In this document: positions 15,001 to 29,345 of the stretch, in pieces
Layout: each line of letters begins with the position of its first letter
How positions within the stretch are numbered: position 1 is the first letter of the stretch
From: Eledone cirrhosa
Lineage: Eukaryota
Length of the DNA: 64,000 nt
Direction: 5' to 3'
Assembly (NCBI GenBank): GCA_964016885.1
Contig: OZ024740.1
Span: forward strand, 441,440,001-441,504,000
The notes under the pieces: model-generated
What the model was told of the DNA's origin: nothing
The model's input: the letters and a program-made list of their open reading frames with translations, nothing else
Database searches by the model: none
Program-made: the position numbers and the translations under genes

Positions 15001-18000
15001 CTGCTCTGACTATTTACTAATGTTGAGACTATTTACTACTCCTGGGTCTATTTATTACTGTTGAGACTATTTACTACTGCTGGGACTATTTACTACTGTT
15101 TCGTCTATTTACTACTGTTGCGACTATTTACTACTGTTGAGACTATTTACTAGTGCTGGGACTATTTACTACTGCTGGGACTATTTACTACTGTTTAGAG
15201 TATTTACTGCTGTTAGGACTACTTACTACTGTTAGGAATACTTACTACTACTATTTACTATTGTTAGGACTACTTACTTCTGTTGTGACTATTTACTAGT
15301 GCTGGGACCTTTTACTACTGTTGGGACTATTTACTTCTGTTGTGATTATTTACTACTGTTGAGACTATTTACTACTGTTGAGACTATTTACTACTCCTGG
15401 GACTATTTAGTACTGTTTCGTCTATTTACTACTGTTGAGACTATTTCTACTGTTGCGACTATTTACTACTGTTAAGACTATTTCTACTGTTGCGACTATT
15501 TACTACTGTTGCGACTATTTACTACTGTTGAGACTATTTACTACTGTTGAGACTATTTACTACTGTTGAGACTATTTACTACTCCTGGGACTATTTACTA
15601 CTGTTTCTTCTATTTACTACTGTTGAGACTATTTCTACTGTTGCGACTATTTACTACTGTTGAGACTATTTACTACTGCTGGGACTATTTACTACTGCTG
15701 GGACTATTTACTACTGTTGTGACTATTTCTACTGTTGAGACTATTTACTACTGTTGAGACTATTTACTACTCCTGGGACTATTTACTACTGTTTCGTCTA
15801 TTTACTACTGCTGGGACTATTTACTACTGCTGGGACTATTTCTACTGTTGAGACTATTTACTACTGTTGAGACTATTTACTACTCCTGGGACTATTTACT
15901 ACTGTTGCGACTATTTACTACTGTTGAGACTATTTACTACTGCTGGGACTATTTACTACAGTTGAGACTATTTACTACTGTTGTGTCTATTTTCTACTGC
16001 TATGACTATTTACTACTGTTGAGACTATTTACTACTGCTGGGACTATTTACTACTGCTGGGACTATTTACTACTGTTGAGACTATTTACTACTGCTGGGA
16101 CTATTTACTATTGCTGTGACTATTTACTACTGTTGAGACTATTTACTACTGGTGAGACTATTTACTGCTGCTGGGTCTATTTACTACTGTTGAAACTATT
16201 TACTACTACTGGGACTATTTACTACTGTTGAGACTATTTACTACTGCTGGGACTATTTACTACCGTTGAGACTATTTACTACTGCTGGGACTATTTACTA
16301 CTGTAGTGACTATTTACTACTGCTGGGTCTATTTTCTACTTACTATTGCTGGGACTAGTTACTACTGTTGAGATTATTTACTACTGCTGGGACTATTTAC
16401 TACTGTTGAGACTATTTACTACTGCTGGGATTATTTACTACTTTTGAGACTATTTACTGCTGCTGGGACTATATACTACTGCTGGACTATTTGCTACTGT
16501 TGTGACTATTTACTACTGTTGAGACTATTTACTTCTGCTAGGACTATTTAGTACTGTTGAGACTATTTACTACTGCTGTGACTATTTACTACTGTTAGGA
16601 CTATTTACTACTTACTACTGTTGGGACTATTTACTACTGTTGGGACTATTTACTACTGCTGGGACTATTTACTACTGTTGAGACTATTTACTACTGCTGG
16701 GATTATTTACTACTTTTGAGACTATTTACTGCTGCTGGGACTATTTACTACTGCTGGACTATTTACTACTGTTGTGACTATTTCTACTGTTGAGACTATT
16801 TACTACTGTTGAGACTATTTACTACTGTTGAGACTATTTACTACTGTTGAGACTATTTACTACTCCTGGGACTATTTACTACTGTTGCGACTATTTACTA
16901 CTGTTGAGACTATTTACTACTGCTGGGACTATTTACCACTGCTGGGATTATTTACTACTGCTGTGACTATTTACTACTATTGAGACTATTTACTACTGCT
17001 GGGACTATTTACTACTGCTGGGACTATTTACTACTGCTCTGATTATTTACTACTGTTGAGACTATTTACTACTGCTGGGACTATTTACCACTGCTGGGTC
17101 TATTTACTACTGCTGGGACTATTTACTACTGCTGTGACTATTTACTACTACTGGGTCTATTTACTACAGTTAAGACTATTTACTACTGTTGAGACTATTT
17201 ACTACTGCTGGGACTATTTACTACTGCTGGTACTATTTACTACTGTTGAGACTATTTATTACTGCTGGGACTATTGACTACTGTTTAGAGTATTTACTAC
17301 TGTTAGCACTACTTACTACTACTATTTACTATTGTTAGGACTACTTACTTCTGTTGTGACTATTTACTACTGCTATGACTATTTACTACTGCTCTGACTA
17401 TTTACTACTGTTGAGTCTATTTACTACTCCTGGGTTTATTTATTACTGTTGAGACTATTTACTACTGCTGGGACTATTTACTACTGCTCTGACTATTTAC
17501 TACTGCTGGGACTATTTACTACTGCTGGGACTATTTACTACTGTTTAGAGTATTTACTACTGTTAGGACTACTTACTACTGTTAGGACTACTTACTATAC
17601 TATTTACTATTGTTAGGACTACTTACTTCTGTTGTGACTATTTACTACTTTTGAGACTATTTACTACTCCTGGGACTATTTCTACTGTTGCGACTATTTT
17701 CTACTGTTGAGACTATTTACTAGTGCTGGGACTATTTCTACGGTTGCGACTATTTTCTACTGTTGAGACTATTTACTAGTGCTGGGACTATTTACTACTG
17801 CTGGGACTATCTACTACTGTTGTGACTATTTACTACTGCTATGACTATTTACTACTGCTGTGTCTATTTACTACTGTTGAGACACTTTACTACTGTTGAG
17901 ACTATTTACTACTCCTGGGTCTTTTTATTACTGTTGAGACTATTTACTACTGCTGGGACTATTTACTAGTGCTGGGACTATTTACTACTGCTGGGACTAT

Positions 18001-21000
18001 TTACTACTGTTGTGTCTATTTACTACTGCTGGAACTCTTTACTACTGTTGTGGCTATTTACTACTATTGAGACTATTTACTACTATTGAGACTATTTACT
18101 ACTGTTGAGACTATTTACTACTGCTGGGACTATTTACTACTGCTGGGACTATTTACTACTGCTCTGACTATTTACTACTTTTGAGGCTATTTACTACTGC
18201 TGGGACTATTTACCACTGCTGGGACTACTTACTACTGCTGTGACTATTTACTACTATTGAGACTATTTACTACTATTGAGACTATTTACTACTGTTGGGA
18301 CTATTTTCTACTGCTGGGACTTTTTACTACTGCTCTGACTATTTACTACTGTTGAGACTATTTACTACTGCTGGGACTATTTACCACTGCTGGGACTATT
18401 TACTACTGCTGGGACTATTTACTACTGCTGTGACTATTTACTACTGCTGGGTCTATTTACTACAGTTATGACTAATTACTATTGTTGAGACTATTTACTA
18501 CTGCTGGGACTATTTACTACTGCTGGGACTATTTACTACAGTTAGGAATATTTACTTCTGTTGAGACTATTTACTATTGTTGAGACTATTTACTACTGTT
18601 CAGACTACTTACTACTGCTGGGACTATTTACTACTGCTGGCACTATTTACTACTGCTGGGACTATTTAATACTGCTGGGACTATTTAATACTGCTGGGAC
18701 TATTTACTACTGTTAGGACTATTTACTACAGTTAGGACTATTTACTACTGTTGTGGCTATTTACTACTATTGAGACTATTTACTACTATTGAGACTATTT
18801 ACTACTGTTGAGACTATTTACTACTGCTGGGACTATTTACTACTGCTGGGACTATTTACTACTGCTCTGACTATTTACTACTTTTGAGGCTATTTACTAC
18901 TGCTGGGACTATTTACCACTGCTGGGACTACTTACTACTGCTGTGACTATTTACTACTATTGAGACTATTTACTACTATTGAGACTATTTACTACTGCTG
19001 GGACTATTTACTACTGCTGGGACTTTTTACTACTGCTCTGACTATTTACTACTGTTGAGACTATTTACTACTCCTGGGTCTTTTTATTACTGTTGAGACT
19101 ATTTACTACTGCTGGGACTATTTACTAGTGCTGGGACTATTTACTAATGCTGGGACTATTTACTACTGTTGTGTCTATTTACTACTGCTGGGACTATTTA
19201 CTACTGTTGTGGCTATTTACTACTATTGAGACTATTTACTATTATTGAGACTATTTACTACTGCTCTGACTATTTACTACTGTTGAGACTATTTACTACT
19301 GCTGGGACTATTTACCACTGCTGGGTCTATTTACTACTGCTGGGACTATTTACTACTGCTGTGACTATTTACTACTGCTGGGTCTATTTACTACAGTTAA
19401 GACTATTTACTACTGTTGAGACTATTTACTACTGCTGGGACTATTTACTACTGCTGGGACTATTTACTACTGTTGAGACTATTTACTACTGCTGGGACTA
19501 TTGACTACTGTTTAGAGTATTTACTACTGTTAGCACTACTTACTACTACTATTTACTATTGTTAGGACTACTTACTTCTGTTGTGACTATTTACTACTGC
19601 TATGACTATTTACTACTGCTCTGACTATTTACTACTGTTGAGTCTATTTACTACTCCTGGGTCTATTTATTACTGTTGAGACTATTTACTACTGCTGGGA
19701 CTATTTACTACTGCTCTGACTATTTACTACTGCTGGGACTATTTACTACTGCTGGGACTATTTACTACTGTTTAGAGTATTTACTACTTTTAGGACTACT
19801 TACTACTGTTAGGACTACTTACTACTACTATTTACTATTGTTAGGACTACTTACTTCTGTTGTGACTATTTACTACTGTTGAGACTATTTACTACTCCTG
19901 GGACTATTTCTACTGTTGCGACTATTTTCTACTGTTGAGACTATTTACTAGTGCTGGGACTATTTCTACGGTTGCGACTATTTTCTACTGTTGAGACTAT
20001 TTACTAGTGCTGGGACTATTTACTACTGCTGGGACTATTTACTACTGTTGTGACTATTTACTACTGCTATGACTATTTACTACTGCTGTGTCTATTTACT
20101 ACTGTTGAGACTATTTACTACTGTTGAGACTATTTACTACTGCTGGGACTATTTACTACTGTTGAGACTATTTACTACTGTTGAGACTATTTCTACTGTT
20201 GCGACTATTTACTACTGTTGAGACTATTTACTACTGTTGAGACTATTTACTACTGTTTCGTCTATTTACTACTCCTGGGACTATTTACTACTGTTGAGAG
20301 TATTTCTACTGTTGCGACTATTTACTACTGTTGAGACTATTTCTACTGTTGCGACTATTTACTACTGTTGAGACTATTTCTACTGTTGCGACTATTTACT
20401 ACTGTTGAGACTATTTACTACTGCTGGGACTATTTACTACTGTTGAGACTATTTACTACTGTTGAGACTATTTCTACTGTTGCGACTATTTACTACTGTT
20501 GAGACTATTTACTACTGCTGGGACTATTTACTACTGTTGTGACTATTTCTACTGTTGAGACTATTTACTACTGTTGAGACTATTTACTACTGTTGAGACT
20601 ATTTACTACTCCTGGGACTATTTACTACTGTTGCGACTATTTACTACTGTTGAGACTATTTACTACTGCTGGGACTATTTACTACAGTTGAGACTATTTA
20701 CTACTGCTGGGACTATTTACCACTGCTGGGATTATTTACTACTGCTGTGACTATTTACTACTATTGAGACTATTTACTACTGCTGGGACTATTTACTACT
20801 GCTGGGACTATTTACTACTGCTCTGATTATTTACTACTGTTGAGACTATTTACTACTGCTGGGACTATTTACCACTGCTGGGTCTATTTACTACTGCTGG
20901 GACTATTTACTACTGCTGTGACTATTTACTACTGCTGGGTCTATTTACTACAGTTAAGACTATTTACTACTGTTGAGACTATTTACTACTGCTGGGACTA

Positions 21001-24000
21001 TTTACTACTGCTGGTACTATTTACTACTGTTGAGACTATTTATTACTGCTGGGACTATTGACTACTGTTTAGAGTATTTACTACTGTTAGCACTACTTAC
21101 TACTACTATTTACTATTGTTAGGACTACTTACTTCTGTTGTGACTATTTACTACTGCTCTGACTATTTACTACTGTTGAGTCTATTTACTACTCCTGGGT
21201 CTATTTATTACTGTTGAGACTATTTACTACTGCTGGGACTATTTGCTACTGATCTGACTATTTACTACTGCTGGGACTATTTACTACTGCTGGGACTATT
21301 TACTACTGTTTAGAGTATTTACTACTGTTAGGACTACTTACTACTGTTAGGACTACTTACTATACTATTTACTATTGTTAGGACTACTTACTTCTGTTGT
21401 GACTATTTACTACTGTTGAGACTATTTACTACTCCTGGGACTATTTCTACTGTTGCGACTATTTTCTACTGTTGAGACTATTTACTAGTGCTGGGACTAT
21501 TTACTACTGCTGGGACTATTTACTACTGTTGTGACTATTTACTACTGCTATGACTATTTACTACTGCTGTGTCTATTTACTACTATTGAGACACTTTACT
21601 ACTGTTGAGACTATTTACTACTCCTGGGTCTTTTTATTACTGTTGAGACTATTTACTACTGCTGGGACTATTTACTAGTGCTGGGACTATTTACTACTGC
21701 TGGGACTATTTACTACTGTTGTGTCTATTTACTACTGCTGGGACTATTTACTACTGTTGTGGCTATTTACTACTATTGAGACTATTTACTACTATTGAGA
21801 CTATTTACTACTGTTGAGACTATTTACTACTGCTGGGACTATTTACTACTGCTGGGACTATTTACTACTGCTCTGACTATTTACTACTTTTGAGGCTATT
21901 TACTACTGCTGGGACTATTTACCACTGCTGGGACTACTTACTACTGCTGTGACTATTTACTACTATTGAGACTATTTACTACTATTGAGACTATTTACTA
22001 CTGCTGGGACTATTTACTACTGCTGGGACTTTTTACTACTGCTCTGACTATTTACTACTGTTGAGACTATTTACTACTGCTGGGACTATTTACCACTGCT
22101 GGGACTATTTACTACTGCTGGGACTATTTACTACTGCTGTGACTATTTACTACTGCTGGGTCTATTTACTACAGTTAAGACTAATTACTATTGTTGAGAC
22201 TATTTACTACTGCTGGGACTATTTACTACTGCTGGGACTATTTACTACAGTTAGGAATATTTACTTCTGTTGAGACTATTTACTATTGTTGAGACTATTT
22301 ACTACTGTTCAGACTACTTACTACTGCTGGGACTATTTACTACTGCTGGCACTATTTACTACTGCTGGGACTATTTAATACTGCTGGGACTATTTAATAC
22401 TGCTGGGACTATTTACTACTGTTAGGACTATTTACTACAGTTAGGACTATTTACTACTTACTACAGTTGGGACTATTTACTACTGTTAGGACTATTTACT
22501 ACTGTTAGGACTATTTACTACTTACTGTTGTTGGGACTATTTACTACTGTTAGGATTATTTACTACTGTTAGTACTATTTACTATTGTTAGTACTATTTA
22601 CTACTACTATTTACTAATTTTAGGACTACTTACTACGGTTAGGACTACCTATTACTACTATTTACTATTGTTAGGACTACCTACTACTGTTGTGACTATT
22701 TACTACTGCTAGGACTATTTACTACTGTTAGGTCTATTTACTACTGTTAGTACTGTTTACTACTGCTGGTACTATTTATTACTGCTGGAACTATTTACTA
22801 CTGTTTAGAGTAATTACTACTGTTAGGACTACTTACTACTGTTAGGACTACTTACTACTACTATTTACTATTTTTAGGACTACTTACTTCTGTTGTGACT
22901 ATTTACTTCTGTTATGACTATTTACTACTGTTATGACTATTTAATACTGCTGGGACTATTTACTACGGTTGAGACTATTTACTACGGTTAGGACTATTTA
23001 CTACTTACTACTGTTAGGACTATTTACTACAGTTACAAGTATGTATTACTGTTAGGACTATTTACTACTGTTAGGACTATTTACTACTTACTACTGTAGG
23101 GTCTATTTACTACAGTTAAGACTATTTACTACTGTTGAGACTATTTACTACTGCTGGGACTATTTACTACTGCTCTGACTATTTACTACTGTTGAGACTA
23201 TTTACTACTGCTGGGACTATTTACCACTGCTGGGTCTATTTACTACTGCTGGGACTATTTACTACTGCTGTGACTATTTACTACTGCTGGGTCTATTTAC
23301 TACAGTTAAGACTATTTACTACTGTTGAGACTATTTACTACTGCTGGGACTATTTACTACTGCTGGGACTATTTACTACTGTTGAGACTATTTACTACTG
23401 CTGGGACTATTGACTACTGTTTAGAGTATTTACTACTGTTAGCACTACTTACTACTACTATTTACTATTGTTAGGACTACTTACTTCTCTTGTGACTATT
23501 TACTACTGCTATGACTATTTACTACTGCTCTGACTATTTACTACTGCTGGGACTATTTACTACTGCTGGGACTATTTACTACTGTTTAGAGTATTTACTA
23601 CTGTTAGGACTACTTACTACTGTTAGGACTACTTACTACTACTATTTACTATTGTTAGGACTACTTACTTCTGTTGTGACTATTTACTACTGTTGAGACT
23701 ATTTACTACTCCTGGGACTATTTCTACTGTTGCGACTATTTTCTACTGTTGAGACTATTTACTGGTGCTGGGACTATTTCTACGGTTGCGACTATTTTCT
23801 ACTGTTGAGACTATTTACTAGTGCTGGGACTATTTACTACTGCTGGGACTATTTACTACTGTTGTGACTATTTACTACTGCTATGACTATTTACTACTGC
23901 TGTGTCTATTTACTACTGTTGAGACTATTTACTACTGTTGAGACTATTTACTACTCCTGGGTCTTTTTATTACTGTTGAGACTATTTACTACTGCTGGGA

Positions 24001-27000
24001 CTATTTACTAGTGCTGGGACTATTTACTACTGCTGGGACTATTTACTACTGTTGTGTCTATTTACTACTGCTGGGACTATTTACTACTGTTGTGGCTATT
24101 TACTACTATTGAGACTATTTACTACTATTGAGACTATTTACTACTGCTCTGACTATTTACTACTGTTGAGACTATTTACTACTGCTGGGACTATTTACCA
24201 CTGCTGGGTCTATTTACTACTGCTGGGACTATTTACTACTGCTGTGACTATTTACTACTGCTGGGTCTATTTACTACAGTTAAGACTATTTACTTTTGTT
24301 GAGACTATTTACTACTGCTGGGACTATTTACTACTGCTGGGACTATTTACTACTGTTGAGACTATTTACTACTGCTGGGACTATTGACTACTGTTTAGAG
24401 TATTTACTACTGTTAGCACTACTTACTACTACTATTTACTATTGTTAGGACTACTTACTTCTGTTGTGACTATTTACTACTGCTATGACTATTTACTACT
24501 GCTCTGACTATTTACTACTGTTGAGTCTATTTACTACTCCTGGGTCTATTTATTACTGTTGAGACTATTTACTACTGCTGGGACTATTTACTACTGCTCT
24601 GACTATTTACTACTGCTGGGACTATTTACTACTGCTGGGACTATTTACTACTGTTTAGAGTATTTACTACTTTTAGGACTACTTACTACTGTTAGGACTA
24701 CTTACTACTATAATTTACTATTGTTAGGACTACTTACTTCTGTTGTGACTATTTACTACTGTTGAGACTATTTACTACTCCTGGGACTATTTCTACTGTT
24801 GCGACTATTTTCTACTGTTGAGACTATTTACTAGTGCTGGGACTATTTCTACGGTTGCGACTATTTTCTACTGTTGAGACTATTTACTAGTGCTGGGACT
24901 ATTTACTACTGCTGGGACTATTTACTACTGTTGTGACTATTTACTACTGCTATGACTATTTACTACTCCTGGGTCCTTTTATTACTGTTGAGACTATTTA
25001 CTACTGCTGGGACTATTTACTAGTGCTGGGACTATTTACTACTGCTGGGACTATTTACTACTGTTGTGTCTATTTACTACTGCTGGGACTATTTACTACT
25101 GTTGTGGCTATTTACTAGTATTGAGACTATTTACTACTATTGAGACTATTTACTACTGTTGAGACTATTTACTACTGCTGGGACTATTTACTACTGCTGG
25201 GACTATTTACTACTACTCTGACTATTTACTACTGTTGAGGCTATTTACTACTGCTGGGACTATTTACCACTGCTGGGACTATTTACTACTGTTGAGACTA
25301 TTTACTACTCCTGGGTCTTTTTATTACTGTTGAGACTATTTACTACTGCTGGGACTATTTACTAGTGCTGGGACTATTTACTACTGCTGGGACTATTTAC
25401 TACTGTTGTGTCTATTTACTACTGCTGGGACTATTTACTACTGTTGTGGCTATTTACTACTATTGAGACTATTTACTACTATTGAGACAATTTACTACTG
25501 TTGAGACTATTTACTACTGCTGGGACTATTTACTACTGCTGGGACTATTTACTACTACTCTGACTATTTACTACTGTTGAGGCTATTTACTACTGCTGGG
25601 ACTATTTACCACTGCTGGGACTACTTACTACTGCTGTGACTATTTACTACTATTGAGACTATTTACTACTATTGAGACTATTTACTACTGCTGGGACTAT
25701 TTCCTACTGCTGGGACTATTTACTACTGCTCTGACTATTTACTACTGCTGGGACTATTTACTACTGCTGTGACTATTTACTACTGCTGGGTCTATTTACT
25801 ACAGTTAAGACTAATTACTATTGTTGAGACTATTTACTACTGCTGGGACTATTTACTACTGCTGGGACTATTTACTACAGTTAGGAATATTTACTTCTGT
25901 TGAGACTATTTACTATTGTTGAGACTATTTACTACTGTTCAGACTACTTACTACTGCTGGGACTATTTACTACTGCTGGCACTATTTACTACTGCTGGGA
26001 CTATTTAATACTGCTGGGACTATTTAATACTGCTGGGACTATTTACTACTGTTAGGACTATTTACTACAGTTAGGACTATTTACTACTTATTACAGTTGG
26101 GACTATTTACTACTGTTAGGACTATTTACTACTGTTAGGACTATTTACTACTTACTGTTGTTGGGACTATTTACTACTGTTAGGATTATTTACTACTGTT
26201 AGTACTATTTACTACTGTTAGTACTATTTAATACTACTATTTACTAATTTTAGGACTACTTACTACGGTTAGGACTACCTATTACTACTATTTACTATTG
26301 TTAGGACTACCTACTACTGTTGTGACTATTTACTACTGCTAGGACTATTTACTACTGTTAGGTCTATTTACTACTGTTAGTACTGTTTACTACTGCTGGT
26401 ACTATTTATTACTGCTGGGACTATTTACTACTGCTTAGAGTATTTACTACTGTTAGGACTACTTACTACTGTTAGGACTACTTACTACTACTATTTACTA
26501 TTTTTAGGACTACTTACTTCTGTTGTGACTATTTACTTCTGTTAGGACTATTTACTACTGTTATGACTATTTAATACTGCTGGGACTATTTACTACGGTT
26601 GAGACTATTTACTACGGTTAGGACTATTTACTACTTACTACTGTTAGGACTATTTACTACAGTTACAAGTATGTATTACTGTTAGGACTATTTACTACTG
26701 TTAAGACTATTTACTACTTACTACTGTAGGGACTATTTACTACTGTTAGGAATATTTACTACTGCTGGGACTATTTACTACTGCCGGGACTATTTACTAC
26801 TGTTGAGACTATTTACTAGTGCTGGGACTATTTACTACTGTTGGGACTATTTACTACTGTTGTGACTATTTACTACTGCTATGACTATTTACTACTGCTG
26901 TGTCTATTTACTACTGTTGAGACTATTTACTACTGTTGAGACTATTTACTACTGTTTCGTCTATTTACTACTGTTGAGACTATTTCTTCTGTTGCGACTA

Positions 27001-28535
27001 TTTACTACTGTTGAGACTCTTTACTAGCGCTGGGACTATTTACTACTGCTGGGACTATTTACTACTGTTGTGACTATTTACTACTGCTATGACTATTTAC
27101 TACTGCACTGACTATTTACTACTGTTGAGACTATTTACTACTGCTGGGACTATTTACCACTGCTGGGACTATTTACTACTGCTGTGACTATTTACTACTA
27201 TTGAGACTATTTACTACTGCTGGGACTATTTACTACTGCTGGGACTATTTACTACTGTTGAGACTATTTACTACTGCTGGGACTATTTACTACTGCTCTG
27301 ACTATTTACTACTGTTGAGACTATTTACTACTGCTGGGACTATTTACCACTGCTGGGACTATTTACTACTGCTGGGACTATTTACTACTGCTGTGACTAT
27401 TTACTACTGCTGGGTCTATTTACTACAGTTAAGACTATTTTCTACTGTTGAGACTATTTACTACTGCTGGGACTATTTACTACTGTTGAGACTATTTACT
27501 ACTGCTGGGACTATTTACTACTGCTGGGACTATTTACTACAGTTAGGAATATTTACTTCTGTTGAGACTATTTACTACCGTTGAGACTATTTACTACTGT
27601 TCAGACTACTTACTACTGCTGGGACTATTTACTACTGCTGGGACTATTTACTACTGCTGGGACTATTTACTACTGCTGGGACTATTTACTACTGTTAGGA
27701 CTATTTACTACAGTTAGGACTATTTACTACTTACTACTGTTGGGACTATTTACTACAGTTAGAACTATTTACTACTGTTAGGACTATTTACTACTTACTA
27801 TCGTTGGGACTATTTACTACTGTTAGTACTATTTACTACTGCTGGGACTATTTACTACTGTTGTGACTATTTACTACTGTTGAACTATTTACTATTGCTG
27901 GGACTATTTACTACTGTTGAGACTAGTTACTGCTGCTGGGACTATTTACTACTGTTTAGACTATTTACTACTGTTAGGACTACTTACTACTGTTTGGACT
28001 ACTTACTACTGTTTGGACTACTTACTACTACTATTTACTAATTTTAGGACTACTTACTACGGTTAGGACTACTTATTACTACTATTTACTATTGTTAGGA
28101 CTACCTACTACTGTTGTGACTATTTACTACTGCTAGGACTATTTACTACTGTTAGGTATATTTACTACTGCTGGGACTATTTACTACTGTTGAGACTATT
28201 TACTACGGTTAGGACTATTTACTACTTACTACTTTTGGGTCTATTTACTGCAGTTAGGACTATTTACTACTTACTACTGTTGGGACTATTTACTACAGTT
28301 AGAACTCTTTACTATTGTTAGGACTATTTACTACTGTTAGGACTATTTACTACTTACTATTGTTGGGACTATTTACTACTGATAGGACTATTTACTACTG
28401 TTAGTACTATTTACTACTGCTGGGACTATTTACTACTGTTGTGACTATTTACTATTTTTTACTCTATTGTTAGAACTGTTTAGTACTATAGTGTTAGGAC
28501 TATTTACTACTATATTCTTAGGACTATTTTCTACT
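1..28535. repeat. 19-bp satellite/minisatellite array (roughly 1450-1500 monomers), consensus GACTATTTACTACTG(C/T)TG(G/A)
   Basis: Continuous head-to-tail copies of gactatttactactgctgg / gactatttactactgttga, with minor variants (…gttag, …gttgt, …gctgt, +7-bp tacttac units, 18-bp tatttctact units). The array starts before the window, degenerates at ~28440-28535 and is interrupted only at 3158-3709. Confidence 0.98.
3158..3709 (-). mobile_element. Putative solo LTR (~550 bp) of an LTR retrotransposon, inserted in the 19-bp satellite
   Basis: Non-repetitive block sharply bounded by satellite. The minus strand begins TGTAGTGACC (canonical TG start). The other end reads …CCTGTTAAA, one mismatch from …GTTACA. 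On the minus strand it carries, in order, a CCAAT box (CAGCCAATC, ~3641-3649), TATAA (3433-3437) and AATAAA (3397-3402). The 4-bp flanks CTAT (3154-3157) and CTAC (3710-3713) form an imperfect TSD. No coding domain is recognisable. Confidence 0.6.
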
Positions 28536-29246
28536 AAACTGTTCCCGAGAATTATTTAACAATGTAACTGGAAAGGTGTGATTTTCTGTAGAAATTGAAA
28601 CTCAATTTACCATGGGAATCTCGTTCTCTGCAAAGCTTGCCAGACTCCAGACAACTTTAATGCGAAGAATTATGATAGAAGCTAAAAGAACTTTGGATTC
28701 TTCTAAACTTCCAAACTCATGAGCGGGGATTTTCAATAATTCAATAATTTCTTTATATATTCTTGAAAGCTCGAGGCATGTAACCTTTACGTTATCAATA
28801 GAATTCTATCGTCAAGTTACAGATGGATTTCCCCTACATGCTTTTATACATTCTTCTAGCATTCCCAGTTGTCTTCAGATCATGTAAGGAAGTCGATATT
28901 GTTTAAAATACTTTTCTTGTTCATTTGCTATCAAAATTTAGATATATTTATTTTCATATTATAATATTCTGTTTATTTTGTTATCAATGTTGATTCATTG
29001 GCTGATGGACGCCACAAATCAAGAGTTAGACTCTCCTCAAGGCGGTACTGTTTTCATTTCTAACTTAATTTTATATATTAGGGAGTTCTATAGAGCAAAA
29101 CATTAACTTCTGTCGAACGTATTTAAAGTAGCTTTATTTTCCTCTTCGTTAATATCTTTCAGAAAAGCATGAACGCCACAACACCTTATTTCTCCTCCAC
29201 AATAAATACTAGATCAGATGTACAATAAAAGTAAACTGTTGGTTCT

Positions 29247-29250
<4 letters not shown>

Positions 29251-29316
<66 letters not shown>
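29251..29316. repeat. (TA)33 microsatellite
   Basis: Pure TA dinucleotide run, read directly. Confidence 0.98.
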
Positions 29317-29319
<3 letters not shown>

Positions 29320-29345
29320 AATAGAGGTGTAACACACGAGTTGTG

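Noticed and set aside
258-27781. Dozens of + strand ORFs of the type LLLLRLFTTAGTIYYCWDY
   Set aside because: They are the 57-bp (3x19) translation of the satellite cycling through frames. They are short, stop-riddled, mostly use non-ATG starts and show no domain.
1-28535. Telomeric repeat (TTAGG within gttaggac variants)
   Set aside because: TTAGG occurs only as isolated pieces of a 19-bp variant and never in tandem.
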